Positions 16,834 through 31,207 of a stretch of 64,000 nt of DNA are shown here, piece after piece. Source of the DNA: Chrysomallon squamiferum (Eukaryota; Animalia; Mollusca); assembly GCA_012295275.1 (NCBI GenBank), contig CM022666.1, positions 1,488,001 to 1,552,000 on the forward strand, given 5' to 3'. The notes below the pieces were generated by a model. That model was given only the letters and a program-made list of their open reading frames with translations. It had not been told where the DNA came from and made no database searches. Numbering within the stretch: position 1 is the stretch's first letter; each line of letters begins with the position of its first letter. The translations under genes were made by a program, and so were the position numbers.

Positions 16834-19174
16834 AATAAATTTAATAAAAAAAATTAGCTTACAGAACTTAGAATAATGCTTTGCTGACCTTTAAGAGTCA
16901 CAGTTTTGTATAAATTAGGTTAAGCGGGTATAGTCAGAAGGTCTTAAGTGGATATATATATATATATCTTTTGATCTTTTGAATGCAGCAAATATTGAAT
17001 AGGTATTTCAGAAAAGTAGGCGTACAGATTTCAGGCTAAAGTACGACACGCTCTGTTAGATACACGAAAAAGAAAAATCCTAAAAAGAATTATCGTCAGT
17101 TATTGCTTGACTTCTGGAAATTCTATGCTTCGGAGTCGAATGAACACAACAACACACGGATACATACACACATAAATCCTTTTATCATTGAATACGTTGT
17201 AACTAATAGATCAACAACATACTGATTTTTTCTTCTTTCAAGATTGACCTGTAGTTTGTAATATATATGTATATATATATACACACACACATTATACAGT
17301 GCCAAGGTGTTGTGTCAAACTTTCTGACTTCTGTATTATTTTTATATCGCTCTCACTTGCGGGTCCCGTACTATAACAATCACATAAAAATCACGATTTT
17401 TTTTTTTTTTTTTTTTTTCAGGTTGATATGTTTAATTCAGTATTTCATTTCTGTCGATATAGTTTTCGGTTCCAATTTAGACTTTTATCTAGAAAATAGT
17501 GAGCAACAGTGTGCAGTCACTGCTGTGTTGTTGTTATGAGGACGTAATCAAAGCATCCAGAAAAAAAAAAAATAATAATAATAAAATAAAATAAAATAAA
17601 TAAATAAGTAAAAAATTTAAAAAAAAAATAAAACAAAATAGGCGACTTGTTACTGCGATGTCTACGTTTTCCTTGAACCATAACTAACTGAGGCCACATT
17701 ACTTTCCGATCAGTGATTACACCTATTTTCTGATATTTTCAGCAGTTATACATATTTCTTGATAATACATACCTTCTGTGACATACCTACAGTCAAAACT
17801 TTGTTAAGTCGTAAAGAAAAGGGTTAGCATGAAAAAACAGCTCTGGTTTCAGAATGAATTAACTATGTTTTTGTTATTCAACAGCTGGTTTTAAATATAG
17901 TTAAGTACCGAAAAGCAATTCCGATATCTTGGATACAACTAAAGAAAAACTGAATCCGAAAATGCCTAGATCAATGGCCACTCGAAAAATTATTTTTTTG
18001 GCGATTACTTTTAAAACTTCTGGATTGTACGTTATATGGCAGGATCGCCCTTTTTTTTGAAATAGTGCCGCCTACGTGTCAATCACTATTTACAGATCGT
18101 CAGTCAGATACTGCGTAACTTTTGTGTGTTTACGTGGACGCCTTGTTGACGTAGATTCGTACTGGAATTACTTTCTTTTTTGGTAAAACAGAAAAACAAA
18201 AATAAAAACTAATAAATCGCAAGAAATTATTTGAATGAAAAGAAAAAAAAAAAAAAAAAAAAAAAGAAAGAAAGAAAAAAAAAAAAAAAAGAAAAAAGAA
18301 AAAGGAGAGAGAAACCAGGATCGAAAACGTTTCAAGGTGTTTTCTAATTCTAGATAACGCTCTTCAGTTTTAGTAAGTATAATTAAAATTGTAGTAAACA
18401 ATTTAATTTAGATTAAATAATGATTGATTAATTAATTAATTGACGAACGAACGAGCGAGCGAGCGAACGAACGAACAAACTAACAAATGAACGAACAATG
18501 TAATGAAATAATTAAATAAATAATTAAATATCGAACGGGTATAAATAATCAAATTCGAGTCGTTATCACAAAAATTTAGTGAAGGTAAGTTTAAAATGTA
18601 CAGGCCTTTGCTGTGTTAACGATACTTTACGGTTCAGTTTGAAAACGATAGAGTTGCTATTTCGTTTTATATAAGTGCATTCCACGATCAAGTCATCGTA
18701 ATAATTAATAATTAATAGTTAAAAAATACAACAAAACAATTGAAATGTATTCTAAAGGAATAAATTTACACTGGCGTTAATTAATTTGTTCAAACAATTT
18801 TTAAATTTTGTTTATTTTTATGTTGATGATGATGATGATTATTATTATTATTATTATTATTATTATTTTTTTTTTTTTTTTGTATTATATTAATATTTTT
18901 ATTATTATTATCATCATCATCATTATTATTATTATTATTGTTGTTATTATTATTATCATTATTATTATTATTATTATTAATATTTTTATTATTATTATCA
19001 TCATCATCATCATTATTATTATTATTGTTGTTATTATTAGTATTATCATTATTATTGTTATTATTATTATTATTAATATTTTTATTATTATTATCATCAT
19101 CATTATTATTATTATTGTTGCTATTATTATTATCATCATTATTATTGTTATTATCATTATTATTATTATTATTG

Positions 19175-19248
<74 letters not shown>

Positions 19249-19360
19249 AACGGTATATTTTCAAAAACTCGACAGTCCTTGTCACGCTTGAGAAAACCGC
19301 ACCACTGTCCACACACACGTTCATTCTTGTTCACGGTGTCCAAACACCTGCTGATGCGTA
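14900..19360 (+). repeat. Degenerate local duplication (~14900-16790 vs ~17655-19360) upstream of the FkbM gene
   Basis: Shared blocks TCTACGTTTTCCTTGAACCAT, GTTGACGTAGATTCGTA.TGGAATTACT, AAGTGCATTCCACGATCAAGTCATC and CACCACTGTCCACACACACGTTCATTCTTGTTCACGGTGTCCAAACACCTGCTGATGC. Confidence 0.9.
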
Positions 19361-19531
19361 CAACACGGGAACACGAAATATCACTGCGTATCTTTCAGTC
19401 GTGGAGTTTAGCTTTGTTATTTTAAAATACTTTTTTTTATGCGAATTACCCATGTTTTTTTCGGGTTACAATTATTATTATTATTTTTTTTTTTTTTTTT
19501 TTTTTCTTCTATTTTACAGAAGCTGTTGAAC

Positions 19532-20522
19532 ATGCGAAACTGTTCTGCTTTAGCCGTGCGTGTTGCTGTCGTTGTTGTGGCTGTCGTCGCTCTGGCTGTG
19601 TATTACGGAGGCATTTCGAAAAACAACTACAACATCGTGCACGGCGTGCTGCAGAAATCGTCCAAGTACATCTATCAGCCGATAATCGTTCCTCCAAGAC
19701 GAGAAACGAAAATCCTGCAGTGGAAAGATGACCGCTGGTTCCAGCTCCACAACTACTGCGAGGGCAACCAGACGTACGACAAGATTATGCTGAAAACACC
19801 CGGCGGAGAAACCCCGATGTACATCCACCCCGTAAACAAGGACAAATACATATCCGGCGACTTGAAGAGGAAAGGCATCTGGGAATCTAATCACATCGGC
19901 GTTTTCAGGAGGATGCTGGAAGAGAACCCGGAGGCTGGGGTTATCGACGTCGGTAGCGAACTGGGACTGTATTCGTTGTACGCGGCCAAGATGGGTCGCC
20001 AAGCGATAGCTGTGGATCCTCTCGAGCAGAACATGATACGCTTCTGCAAGTCCGTGCAAGATGGCGGCCTCACCGACAAGATCACGATTTTCTTCGCCGC
20101 GGTCTCCAGTTCTCACAAGAAGGTCTCGTTCAAAGGCCAGCCGGACCACATTGCAGGAACGAGGATAGTGGAGAGTCCCACTGGTGCCAAGATGTCCGGC
20201 GGCTACACGAACTTCATCAGCGACACCTCCCTCCTCAACGACATGCTGGGCGAAATCCACTTCAAGAAGGCCGTCATGAAAATCGACGTGGAATCCCACG
20301 AGTACCAGGCGCTGAGAGCGGCAGACAAGATCTTCCAGAACGTTGACGTTCGAGGGATTATAATGGAGTGGGGAAACGTCAACACGATCCCAGACGATGC
20401 CAAGAGACTCGTGGAGATGTTGACTGGGATATGGATTTAAGCCAATGGCCATTGGAGGCAAACCTCTCGATCCAAAACAATTCAAACGATGGCCTTTCGA
20501 CATTCAGTGGGAAAAGAGATAG
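19532..20522 (+). CDS. FkbM-family (Methyltransf_21-like) SAM-dependent methyltransferase with N-terminal signal-anchor, single coding exon, ~329 aa after correcting a 1-nt insertion at GGG 20426-20428
   Basis: Acceptor ttttacag ends at 19519, ATG at 19532. Hydrophobic N-terminus (ALAVRVAVVVVAVVALAVYY). FkbM motifs ISGDL..GIWE, VIDVGSELGLYSL, AVDP, VMKIDVESHE, IIMEW. The ORF stops at 20440, but removing one G gives ...TGYGFKPMAIGGKPLDPKQFKRWPFDIQWEKR* (TAG 20520-20522), a normal-looking C-terminus. Confidence 0.88.
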
Positions 20523-20662
20523 ATGTATTATAAAGGTTAACTTGTTTTAAATTTTATATATATATTTATTATAATTATTTATTTATTTATTTATTTATTA
20601 TGATTATTATTACTGCTATACAGACAATATTCAAATCCTAAAATACATAGATACATACACAT

Positions 20663-20738
<76 letters not shown>

Positions 20739-21321
20739 TGTCATTTCTTTCTTCCTGTCTCACCGATTCTTTTTCTTTGTCGCTTCCCCCTATATCTCTC
20801 TTTCTCTGTTTGTCTGTCAGTCCTTCTATAAATCTATCTGTCTGGGTATTTACCTATCTATATTTCTGTCTACATATCTTTTTATCTGTATGTGCATTCA
20901 TCCATCTCTCTTTATATCTGTGTAGGTTCAATTGTACGTAAGCAAATTTAATATACTTTTAACAAATTTAATATACTTATATATATTTTCAAGGTCAGGG
21001 AATGAAGTGACTCTTTTAGGACAGAATTAAAAGAAGCATTAGTTCCATAATATCAAGTTCTTAGATAGAGAATTAACAAACAAGACACTGTATTTTTCCA
21101 TGCACTTTCTGCCTTTTATAATGGGTATCGTTTTGCGCCGGTTCAGTTTACAGCTGTCGTGCAGGGAAAAACTAAAACGAGGGACTGCTTAATATTATTA
21201 ACTTCTGGAAATGCATCTATTGTTGGGATTAAATTGTTTTATATTTATTTAACTGTGTGTTTTTATTTATTTATTTTCTTTTTCTTTCATGCTTTATTTA
21301 GATACACATATCTGCATACAT

Positions 21322-21373
<52 letters not shown>

Positions 21374-23612
21374 ATGAAGGGATCTACTGGAATTATATTC
21401 AGTAACTTGTTTTGATCTATGACAGAATAGTTGATGTTTCACTCATCAAAATTGGGCAAGGGGTAAAGGCCACATAACATGATATTATTCTTTAGTAAAC
21501 ATTTTATTATATTGTTTTAATATCACAAGTACAAAAATTCGATTTCTCTGTTGCATAAATTATGTTTATTGCTCAAAACGGGGAAATGTTTCTAAATGTA
21601 GGATGAAATAGATTCTATTTTCCTTAAAGGGGCCCTTTTAGCAAAACCCCCCACACACACACACACTTTTAGCACACACACACACACACACACAGTATTT
21701 AAGCAGTAATGCAGTTTTCGTTGTATTATTGCTTTTATTTTATTTTATTTTATTTTATTTTATTTTATTAATAGTATTTTTTTTTTAAATCAGTTTTTAT
21801 GACCGGGTAAGGATACTGATTCATTTTGTTTGTTGAGTTTAGAGGGTTAGATTAATGAAATACCGCCACATATTTTTATACACTGTCAACATATTTATGA
21901 AAACTAATTAGATTCCTGTTTTCATCACGTACTGTATTCCCTTCTCCAGCTATACATTAATAATTAATCTCAGATCCATAAAGTTTCCTACAGGGATTTT
22001 TAAATATTAATTTCTTGAACCAATGCATTATTGCCGGGTTCTAAAAGGCAGTGAAAATGTGTTCACTCAACCTTGACATTTTTTTGTTAAATCGTGATGA
22101 CTACTGACACGTATGGCTTTGCTTTTAAACTTCTCTATTACAAGACAAAATGTTAAAAAAATATATATATAAAATAAAAATAACATGATCGTGTCTTTTT
22201 GTGATCAACTGAAATATCGCTTTTGTGTTGACATCACTGATGAAATTTGTAAGTTATGTGCAGGTATTCATGTTCCATTGTAGTTTATGCTTTCATATTT
22301 AAACAAACAGTGTCTAGACATACACAACACATCCTCACACCAAATTTACATCACAAAATAGGTTTCATTTTTACGTTGAATTCTGTTTTCTTTTGTACGT
22401 GTGTATCGGTCTGGAAAACTCGAAAGTAGGGGGCACAGCAATTTAAAAATTATCGTGAAGAAAGAAGTGTTTGCCTTCTTTCAAAATGCATAATCATCAT
22501 TGATATTTGATTATGCAAGGTGTTGTTTATTTAGAAAAAATCATTTGGTTAAATTTTTTTAAATTTAATACTTTTGGGAATTCGAAGCTTATCTTCTGAT
22601 CTGAAATTATTCAGACCCACTCGTGATTATTATATAATTATATATTGTTCTTTCGAACAGGTGTGAACGATTACGTATATCCATACCCGGTTTAGAGGTA
22701 ATCTCGTGGAATGCTCAACTGTTTGAGTGGAGCAGTTTGAAGAAACGTGTTGATAAATTACTAGGTTATTTTGACCACGTATTTGATATATATACGTATA
22801 TGTATATATGTGTGTCATGGCCGTCACTAGACTCTTTTTGAAATGAGGTAAAAACACTTAATCGCGGGGTAAAAAACACATTTGAGCGAGAGGGGGGGTC
22901 TGGGGAGGATACTGGTCGAATTCATTCAGTGGATATCGTTTCTATCGGAAATAGAGATTTATATTTTATATTTTTAATATGAAATCTATGTATTGAAAAA
23001 AAAAAAAAAGGTTCGGTATGTGGCATTTGGCTCATTTGCCTCAACGTGATCCTAAATCTATTTTCGATTTTATGTTTTATTTTTTTATTAATATTCATGA
23101 TCCTGAATATACATCTGCCTTTAGATATTATTCTGAGTAATATTTAGATATTATTAAATATATTAAATGAGATGGTAGTTTCCGTAGATGTCAGTAAAAT
23201 GAACACACTCTTTACACCGTCTTCTGCTTTTTTGTTGTTTTTTTCTTAATCCATCCGTTCTCGGTCTAAACCATTATTACTATTGGTAACATGGCAGTAA
23301 TTGTATCATGCACCCAACCTTGATCTTTGTCGTTTGGTTTTGACTCGTCGATGGTGGTGGGGGGTTATCTTGCAGTCAGATGTAAATTCTAACAAGCAAA
23401 CTACTCATGCGCAGAACTAACTAGGCAACAGCTCAAGAAAAATAAGGTTTCTGCAGGGCCTGACTTGTCAGTTTGATTTGAAAATTTCGATTCGTTTCCG
23501 TTTTATTATAATTAATATTTTAAGTAGTGGTTTTATTCAGTTAATATAATTAACAACAGCTAATATTGATAAATTAGACAGATTTATTGCATTCGCTGTG
23601 CAAGAATTTGCA

Positions 23613-23661
<49 letters not shown>

Positions 23662-23841
23662 TGTTTCAACAGGTGTAATATATATGGCCGGCATCTTTGA
23701 TATTCTCAATTATATTTTTGTTTTTCTCTAGTATTAATGTGATGTTATCATCATCATCATCATCATTTTTATTCTAATTTTTATTTTAATTTCTTTCCTC
23801 GAATTAATTATCGCCAAATTTTGCTTGGTACTGGAATGTAC

Positions 23842-23936
<95 letters not shown>

Positions 23937-24905
23937 TGTATGTGTATATATAAATATACATTAAACGCGCTAACAGTTTATCCACTGATATCAATCGCAA
24001 ATCGATCAGTGACGCTGTAGATAATTATATATCTGATATTCATAAGAATTTCATCTCTGCTGTTGAAAAATCTTCACAGTTACACGGTATTAGGATTACA
24101 CAAGACAATTCTCCAGTAATAGCTTTGTTAGTGTTGTCGATCAGCAAAGCATAATGAGGTAAATTTTAAAATGTACCTTTAACATATATAATAATTTTAA
24201 ATATATGTATATCGATAGATTAAATATTATTTTTGCCCTGCAAGGAAGTTGAAGATAATTGGTCATGGCGGCCCGTTGAAAGGGAATGCATATAAGCCAA
24301 GTCTGTATAGTATAGTATAGCATAGTGTAGATTGAAGATTAGAGTTATCTCTCTTTACACAATTATATAAGTTCTGAGCTGGCGCAATTTTTTTGGACTT
24401 CGGACCTGACTGGTTGTTCCAAAGGGATCTTAAAGGTATAATTATATCTTCTTTTGTATTCTTACATATCGTCGTTAATCTTGACATTGTATACGGATAG
24501 TTGGTGCAAACATGACTGTAGCTGTTATATCGCAACGAACTTTTAAGACAGGGTCAAGGACATTTAACTTTGAATTAAACTCGTGCACTGTAATTTGGAA
24601 ACGTCGACATCAAAAACGTGTACATTTTTTTTAACAAGATGTATCTTCCTGTTTTTCCCCCCATGCGTTTGTGTGCGTGTGTGTGTGTGTGGAGGTTTCT
24701 AAATTAAATATTTGCCTATATCGATAAATCAGCCTATCAGAATATGTGACATGTCTATCTCTAATTGTCCCTTTTCTATCTACCTAGCTATCACTATAAC
24801 AACATACTTAGAAAAAAAAAAAAAAAAAAAAATTTTTTTTTTTATTTAAATTACACTTTATATTTCATTTTTGGATCACAGTAATTTTTTGTCATTGCAG
24901 GAATC

Positions 24906-27900
24906 ATGAGCTGCATGAAGAACTTCGTAATAGTCACATCAGTGCTGCTTATTTGTTTTTCTTACTATCTGTACACACCCCTACCTGATGGAATAGCTGA
25001 ACCCTGGAAAGTCAGGGGGCTACTGGCAACAGTGAAAACAATCAAATTAGTGGTAATACTGTCATTACTGTTAATATTACTGTTACTGTTATTAGTATTA
25101 CTTTTACTTTTAATGTTATTAGTGTTACTATAGCTGTTAGTGTTATTAGTATTAATATTAATATTGATTATTAGTATTGACATTACTAGAGTTAGTGTTG
25201 TTGTATTATTAATAGTATTATTAGTACTGATGTTAATATTAATGTTATCAGTTTTAATGTTAAAGATATTAGTATTAATATTAAAGTTATTTGTATTAAA
25301 ATAATTAATTTTACCGTTAAGAATTATTATTATTAACAACTTTTTATTTGATTTTTTTTAAAATTTTATAACTTCTGCATCAATTACAGTGTTCTTAATT
25401 AATAAAAATTAATAAAATGATTTTTTCAAAGGGCAGGAATTAACTGCTGTCTGAAAATTCAGGAAAAAAAAAACAAAGGGGGAAATAAGGGCAAAGGTAA
25501 CAGAAATTTGACAAACAAAGCAAATCCATTTGCTTCTTTTGACCAGAAACATGAACAGTATTAACCACAAGGTGCAAAATGGGATGACAGTTGAAATATT
25601 AGCAAAACAAATTAAGCTGGTTAACTTATTTTGACAGATAATCTGTTCTTATTTAAATAATCGTGCCATTTGAACATCAGTGTTAGTATGCTAACACTAC
25701 TGCAAGGTTTTTTCTTGTTATTTTTCTTAGCTTTATTATTATGGTGAGGCAACAGTTGTCATAAAATCTGATTTTCGTCAACCTCTAGGGTTTTTGTACA
25801 GTTAGTAACTAGCTGTAAAATGTTTTTTCTTTTTTCTTTTTATCATTTCAGAGTAAACTGACTGATGCTGTTGGTTTAATGGGTCACATTAACATGACAA
25901 GAACACTCACAGATGCTGTTATGAGAATGTCAGCAACTTCGAAAAGCGATCCGTCGTTGGAGGTTCTGTCTTCATTCCACATTAAGTTTAAAACTGTTTT
26001 CATTAATTCAGTAGCTAAAGAGACACTTAAAGGTTAAGGAGTGAATTATTGCATTGATTTGATGCAAACAGCTTTCGTATGTGGCAAAATATACATATTG
26101 AATTTCATTGTATGTAATTCATCGGTGCTTTTGATTTCTCGCTTTTTTAGATTATGATTATTTCTTAATCTGAAGATGATGTTGCAGTTATACAAAACTT
26201 TACATGTTGACACTTTCATTAAATACATTCTTCCTTTGTTTATGAACATAATAATTTATATCATATGTACCAGATTACTTTGTTTTAATTAAGGGGAATC
26301 AAACGGAAGGAATAAAATATTTTTGATCTGGTTTTTTTTAGAAAAACACTCAAATAAACAATGTTTCTTTGGATTGGTGTTTAAGATTAGGACTGACAAT
26401 GTTGTTGTTTTAAAAGTAAAATTTTTATTATTATTTTTTCAGGTAACTGATAAAAAGTTTGATGGCGTTCCTGTACGTATCTACAAACCAAAGTCTAGAA
26501 AGACTGAGTCCCCAGCTCTGGTGTATTTTCATGGTGGGGGATGGACCTTTGGCAACCTCGGTATGTTTGTAAATATTGTTGTTTAAAAACTTTCAGTTAA
26601 AATGCACCTGTGAATGAACGATTAAAAAAAAAAAAAAAGAAAAAAAAGGACAAAGAGTGAGCGAAAATATCGAAACAACTTTTGTATTTCCAAATTATTT
26701 TTATTTTGTTCTGAACAGTCTTTAGTCACTAATATTTAAATAAAATGTGACTGTAAAATAATATTCATGTAAAACATCTGAATGTCTGTGCTGGGGATGT
26801 AACATCATTTTATATATTTAGCTACATTTGATCTCAAAACACTAAATAATTACTTAGACTGGACAGTCCATTCCTGTATATGATGTCAGAATGACTTCAG
26901 AAAATTTACCTTTTTTTGACTATAGTATTTCATTATAATACTTCTTCATAATTAAGTATTGGATGGCAACACACCCCTAACTCCCAACAACAACAACAAC
27001 AACAATTCACAAACTTGGAAATGTGCAGAATATATTTAAGCTGTATTATCAAACACTTGAAGTTAGTTTAATACAGATTCCTATTTTATGCATCAATTGT
27101 AGATGATCTTAAATACTTAACTTCTGAGTAATCACTGCTTTGTTCTTGAAAATTTCTTTCACTTTTAAATATTTAAAAGTTCTGTTCCAAAAAAACAAAA
27201 ACAAAAAGAACTCTGTATTTTTAGTTCATCTAACAATTGTTAAAATCAGTTATTGTAGTATTAGGTTTAAATAAATAAACTTTCATTTTATCTTTTTTTT
27301 TTTCTAAACTTTAATGCTAAGGTGTTTTTTACATGCAAATAACTACAGTATTATTATTATTATTATTATTATTATTTTTTCAGATTATGCAGACAGATTG
27401 TCAGGATATATAGCTACAGCAGCCAACATAATAGTTGTGTCAGTCGAGTATGTATTTATTTTGTTGTTGTTACATCTGTGGAATTTATTGTTATTTTTGT
27501 CTACATACATACACCACTGTTGTAATAAACTGTATGTTCTGAACTGTAATTTCATGCTGAAAAGATAATACAAACACACACACACACACTACAAGAAAAA
27601 CACAATCACAATATACAAGCCAAATTATAATGTAAACCATCATTAATATACTGATATATATTTGGAAGCATACAGTTTATATTTTGAGGTTTTTTTATAT
27701 TTATATATTTTATTTATAATTATTATTATTATTTTCTTTGTTGTTTTGTTGTTGTTGTTATTATTTCCTAATGATAAAATTTTGTTTTTGCTACTTACAT
27801 ATCAAGGGTACATTAAATTATATTTAATGTCTATGTGTAAATAATTATAATTATGATTTTTTGCTCTAGTTATCGTCTGGCGCCTGAAAATCCGTTTCCA

Positions 27901-29862
27901 ATTCCGTTCAATGATTGTGTTACAGCCACCCTGCATTTGATTCACAATGCTGCGAAAGGTATGGTGTTGATGACAGGAAAGTAGCTGTTGCTGGTAAGAG
28001 ACAACCACGCTGAGATCACTTTTAAACTCTCCTCTGGATAATCTGTGACAGCGAAAATGAAATTTAAAAAGAAACAAAAAATGTTTTATAAAAAAAAAAA
28101 TGACTGCTCTTGGAAAGGTTTAGTAATGCTGGAGTTTTTTTTTTTTTACAAATTATAAAGTTTTATGTGATATTTATTACAATTTCATAGATATATGTCT
28201 ATACACGCACACACTATCTCTCTTTTTTGCATGTATCATGCAAATACACAGTATATATGTATGAAATCCTTTACCCATAATATACAGGCAGTATAATATA
28301 GTTCCTCTTAAGTTTTGTAATGTAATCTTAATTAATTGAGACATCTTGCAATGTTATTATGGTAAATGTAAATATTTTTCGTCCCATTATTCCTTCTCAA
28401 ATGATTAATTTTGCAGGAAATAAATTCAGGGTTGCACCAGCAGATAAAACACTACTCAACATGTACAATATTATTAAATCAACCAATTATAACAGTAATT
28501 GAAGAATTATAATTAGACGCTCATTCTTTGTGGAAATATTTCGCTTTAGTCCATTTTGTTGAACAGGATAAGCTGCAAAGAGTTTGAGGAATGCATGTCC
28601 GACATGGCACGGATTTAAAACTTGAAAACAAGTCTGCATGTCTGCATGGAATATTTTTGTCTCATTTTGGTAGAAGATTCCTGCATGAAACCTGAAAAAG
28701 TAAGTGAAATGTCCTTTTTCTATTTTAATCATTAATGAAATGCTGATACAAGCCTGGCAGTCTCCTAATATTTTCTTTGCTTGGTAGATTATTAACTTAG
28801 ACATTTCTGTTCCCACAAAAAAAAAAAAAAGAAGAAGAAAAACAACAAATTCCCAGAAGAAAAAAAAAGTTTGTGGTTGCATGGTTGAGTGAATGTTGTG
28901 TTTGTAAATCTTGAAATGTGGCTTACGGCTTTTAAGCATGAGGAATGAAAACAAAAAATTAACTAATCTAAAGTTATTTAAAAATATTCTTAAGACTTTT
29001 ACTAATGACAGATGATTTAGTTTTTTTATTTTATTTTATTTTTTATTTTTTTAATCAGGGTCATTTTTTATTTTCTTCTAAACATGATTTCAACAAATAT
29101 CTAAATAAAAGGAAACATATATGCATTTTAGAAAAAATAATTTGTACCTTACTTTTTTAAATTTTTTTAAATTTTATTTTGGACACATCAGGGGACAGTT
29201 CAGGAGGGAATCTGGCTGCAGCCATTGCTAAACGATTTTCTGAAGAAAGTGAAGACTTCATTCCTAAACTGAAGTTCCACCTCTTACTCAACCCTTGTCT
29301 CCAAGCCTTCGACTTCAATCTGCCTTCGTACGTCAACAACGACGTTCCTGGAACACTGGAGAAGTCTGAAATGATCATGCACTGGCTGCATTACATGGGA
29401 CTCCCAAAACCAGAGCAGCACCTGAAAGATTTTTCCAACAACAACCACACCTCATCCTTGCTGAAATATTCTGAATACGCCGACTATGTTTCTGAATCGT
29501 TGCTTCCGGAGATTTATCAAAGAAAAGAAAGGACGCAGACGTCGAATCTGGATTACGGGAACGATGAGTTGTGGAGAAAGATAGAAATGACTGTGCTGAA
29601 CCCTCACTTTGCGCCGTTGATGGCTACCAGTTTGAAGAAAGTTTCACCAGCGTTTGTGATCACCTCTGAGTTCGATGTTCTGCGAGACGATGGTTTTCTT
29701 TACGCAGAAAGGTTGAGGAGGGAAGGGGTCAAAGTTCACCTGCATCACGTCAGGACATCGTTCCATGGATTCTGCAGCGCTTACTTCGAACATCATCAGT
29801 TTGATATCTGCAACAAAATACTTCCCGACGTTGTTGAGTTCATTGAAGAGAATATACAATAG
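24906..29862 (+). CDS. Arylacetamide deacetylase / neutral cholesterol ester hydrolase-like (HSL/GDXG alpha-beta hydrolase), isoform ending in terminal exon 6a, ~411 aa
   Basis: Exons 24906-25052, 25852-25962, 26443-26560, 27384-27447, 27870-27993 (1-nt deletion at AAA ~27955-27957), 29192-29862; all GT-AG and phase-consistent. N-terminal TM + YTPLPDGIAEPWK, oxyanion FHGGGW, SVDYRLAPENPFP, YGVD..VAVAG|DSSGGNLAAA, FDVLRDDG, SFHGF. Confidence 0.9.
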
Positions 29863-31207
29863 AACGTACAGTTTGCCAAAAAATATTATATAACTTAAAG
29901 AATGATATGAAAAAAAAAAAATTGAAAGTAAAAAATACAAACATGAAACACATTTGAATATAATTTATGCTAATTTTTAACTGAATTAAAAAAAAAAAAA
30001 TTAAAAACATTAATATAAATTAAAAAAAAAAAACCAAAACACATAACAGTTTGAGAGTGTTTGTTGAATGTTATTTGTATTTATGAAAGTTTGCACTGAT
30101 GTTGGATTTGACTGAATACATATACCATACTGGTAACTACATATCATGATTTTATAATATGAATTAAAGTTACAGTCTGAAATACATCTCGGTCCCTTTA
30201 TCAGATTATTTCTTACTATTATTTAATACATCTAATTTTAAAAGTTTTTATACTTTAATATTTGAACTTCTTCACTAAAGTTCATTTCATCTCTGCAGAT
30301 TGTAAGCCAGTGTTGTGAAATAATTCCAAGAGTTGTTTAATTTGTAAACTACAATCAAAGCACATTTTTGTTTTATAACTGACAATAAAAATTTACAATC
30401 CAGTTTATTATTATTGTTTTTATTACTTATTTATTTATTTAAATGCAAAATTTAGATAAGAAGATAATTGGTATAGTATCTTTCATTTCATATATTTATA
30501 TATTTTCTTATTATTATTTGAAAATACATAGTTATTAATCACAATAACAAATGAGCTTCTTTATTATTATTGTTGTTTTTAAAGGGTTAAATGGAGTGTA
30601 TATTAAACATTGCTTTTGTGTTTTGCTTGCAAGTTACACTTTGTGTATTTCTGCAGACTAATTGTCTGGACTAATCAAATAAGTAAATTATTAAATTATT
30701 TATTTATTGAAAAACAAACCATTGACTGTCACCACCTTTTGAAAGTTTTGTGTTAAAATAGTTTGTTCAGTTTAGCTTTCAAATTTGTTGTTTTAAACTA
30801 AAATGTTTAACAGTTTAATGTGTACATTGTATGGGTACAGAATGTTTAATGTGAATATTGTGCAGATTTTCTTGTCAGAGTTTATTAATTTGCCTTCCCA
30901 GACTCTTGAGATACAGATATTTAAATTTTATTTTAATTTAACCATCCTTTAGTGTTACTTTCACTTTCACTTTATTTTCTTTTTACTTTCACTTTCACTT
31001 CATTTTATTTTTACATTTACCTTTGCTTTACTTTTTCTTTTACTTTTAGTTTTATTTTCACTTTATTTTATTTTACTTTACTTTTAATTCACTTTTGCTT
31101 TTGCTTTACTTTATTTTATTTTACTTTTAATCCACTTTCACTTTCTTTACTTTCACTTTCACTTTCACTTTCACTTTTTATTTACATTTATATTTTGACA
31201 TTTTCAG

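Noticed and set aside
19550-20503. 317-aa antisense ORF over the FkbM gene, and 31333-31866 over exon 6b
   Set aside because: Codon-register antisense shadows of real coding sequence.
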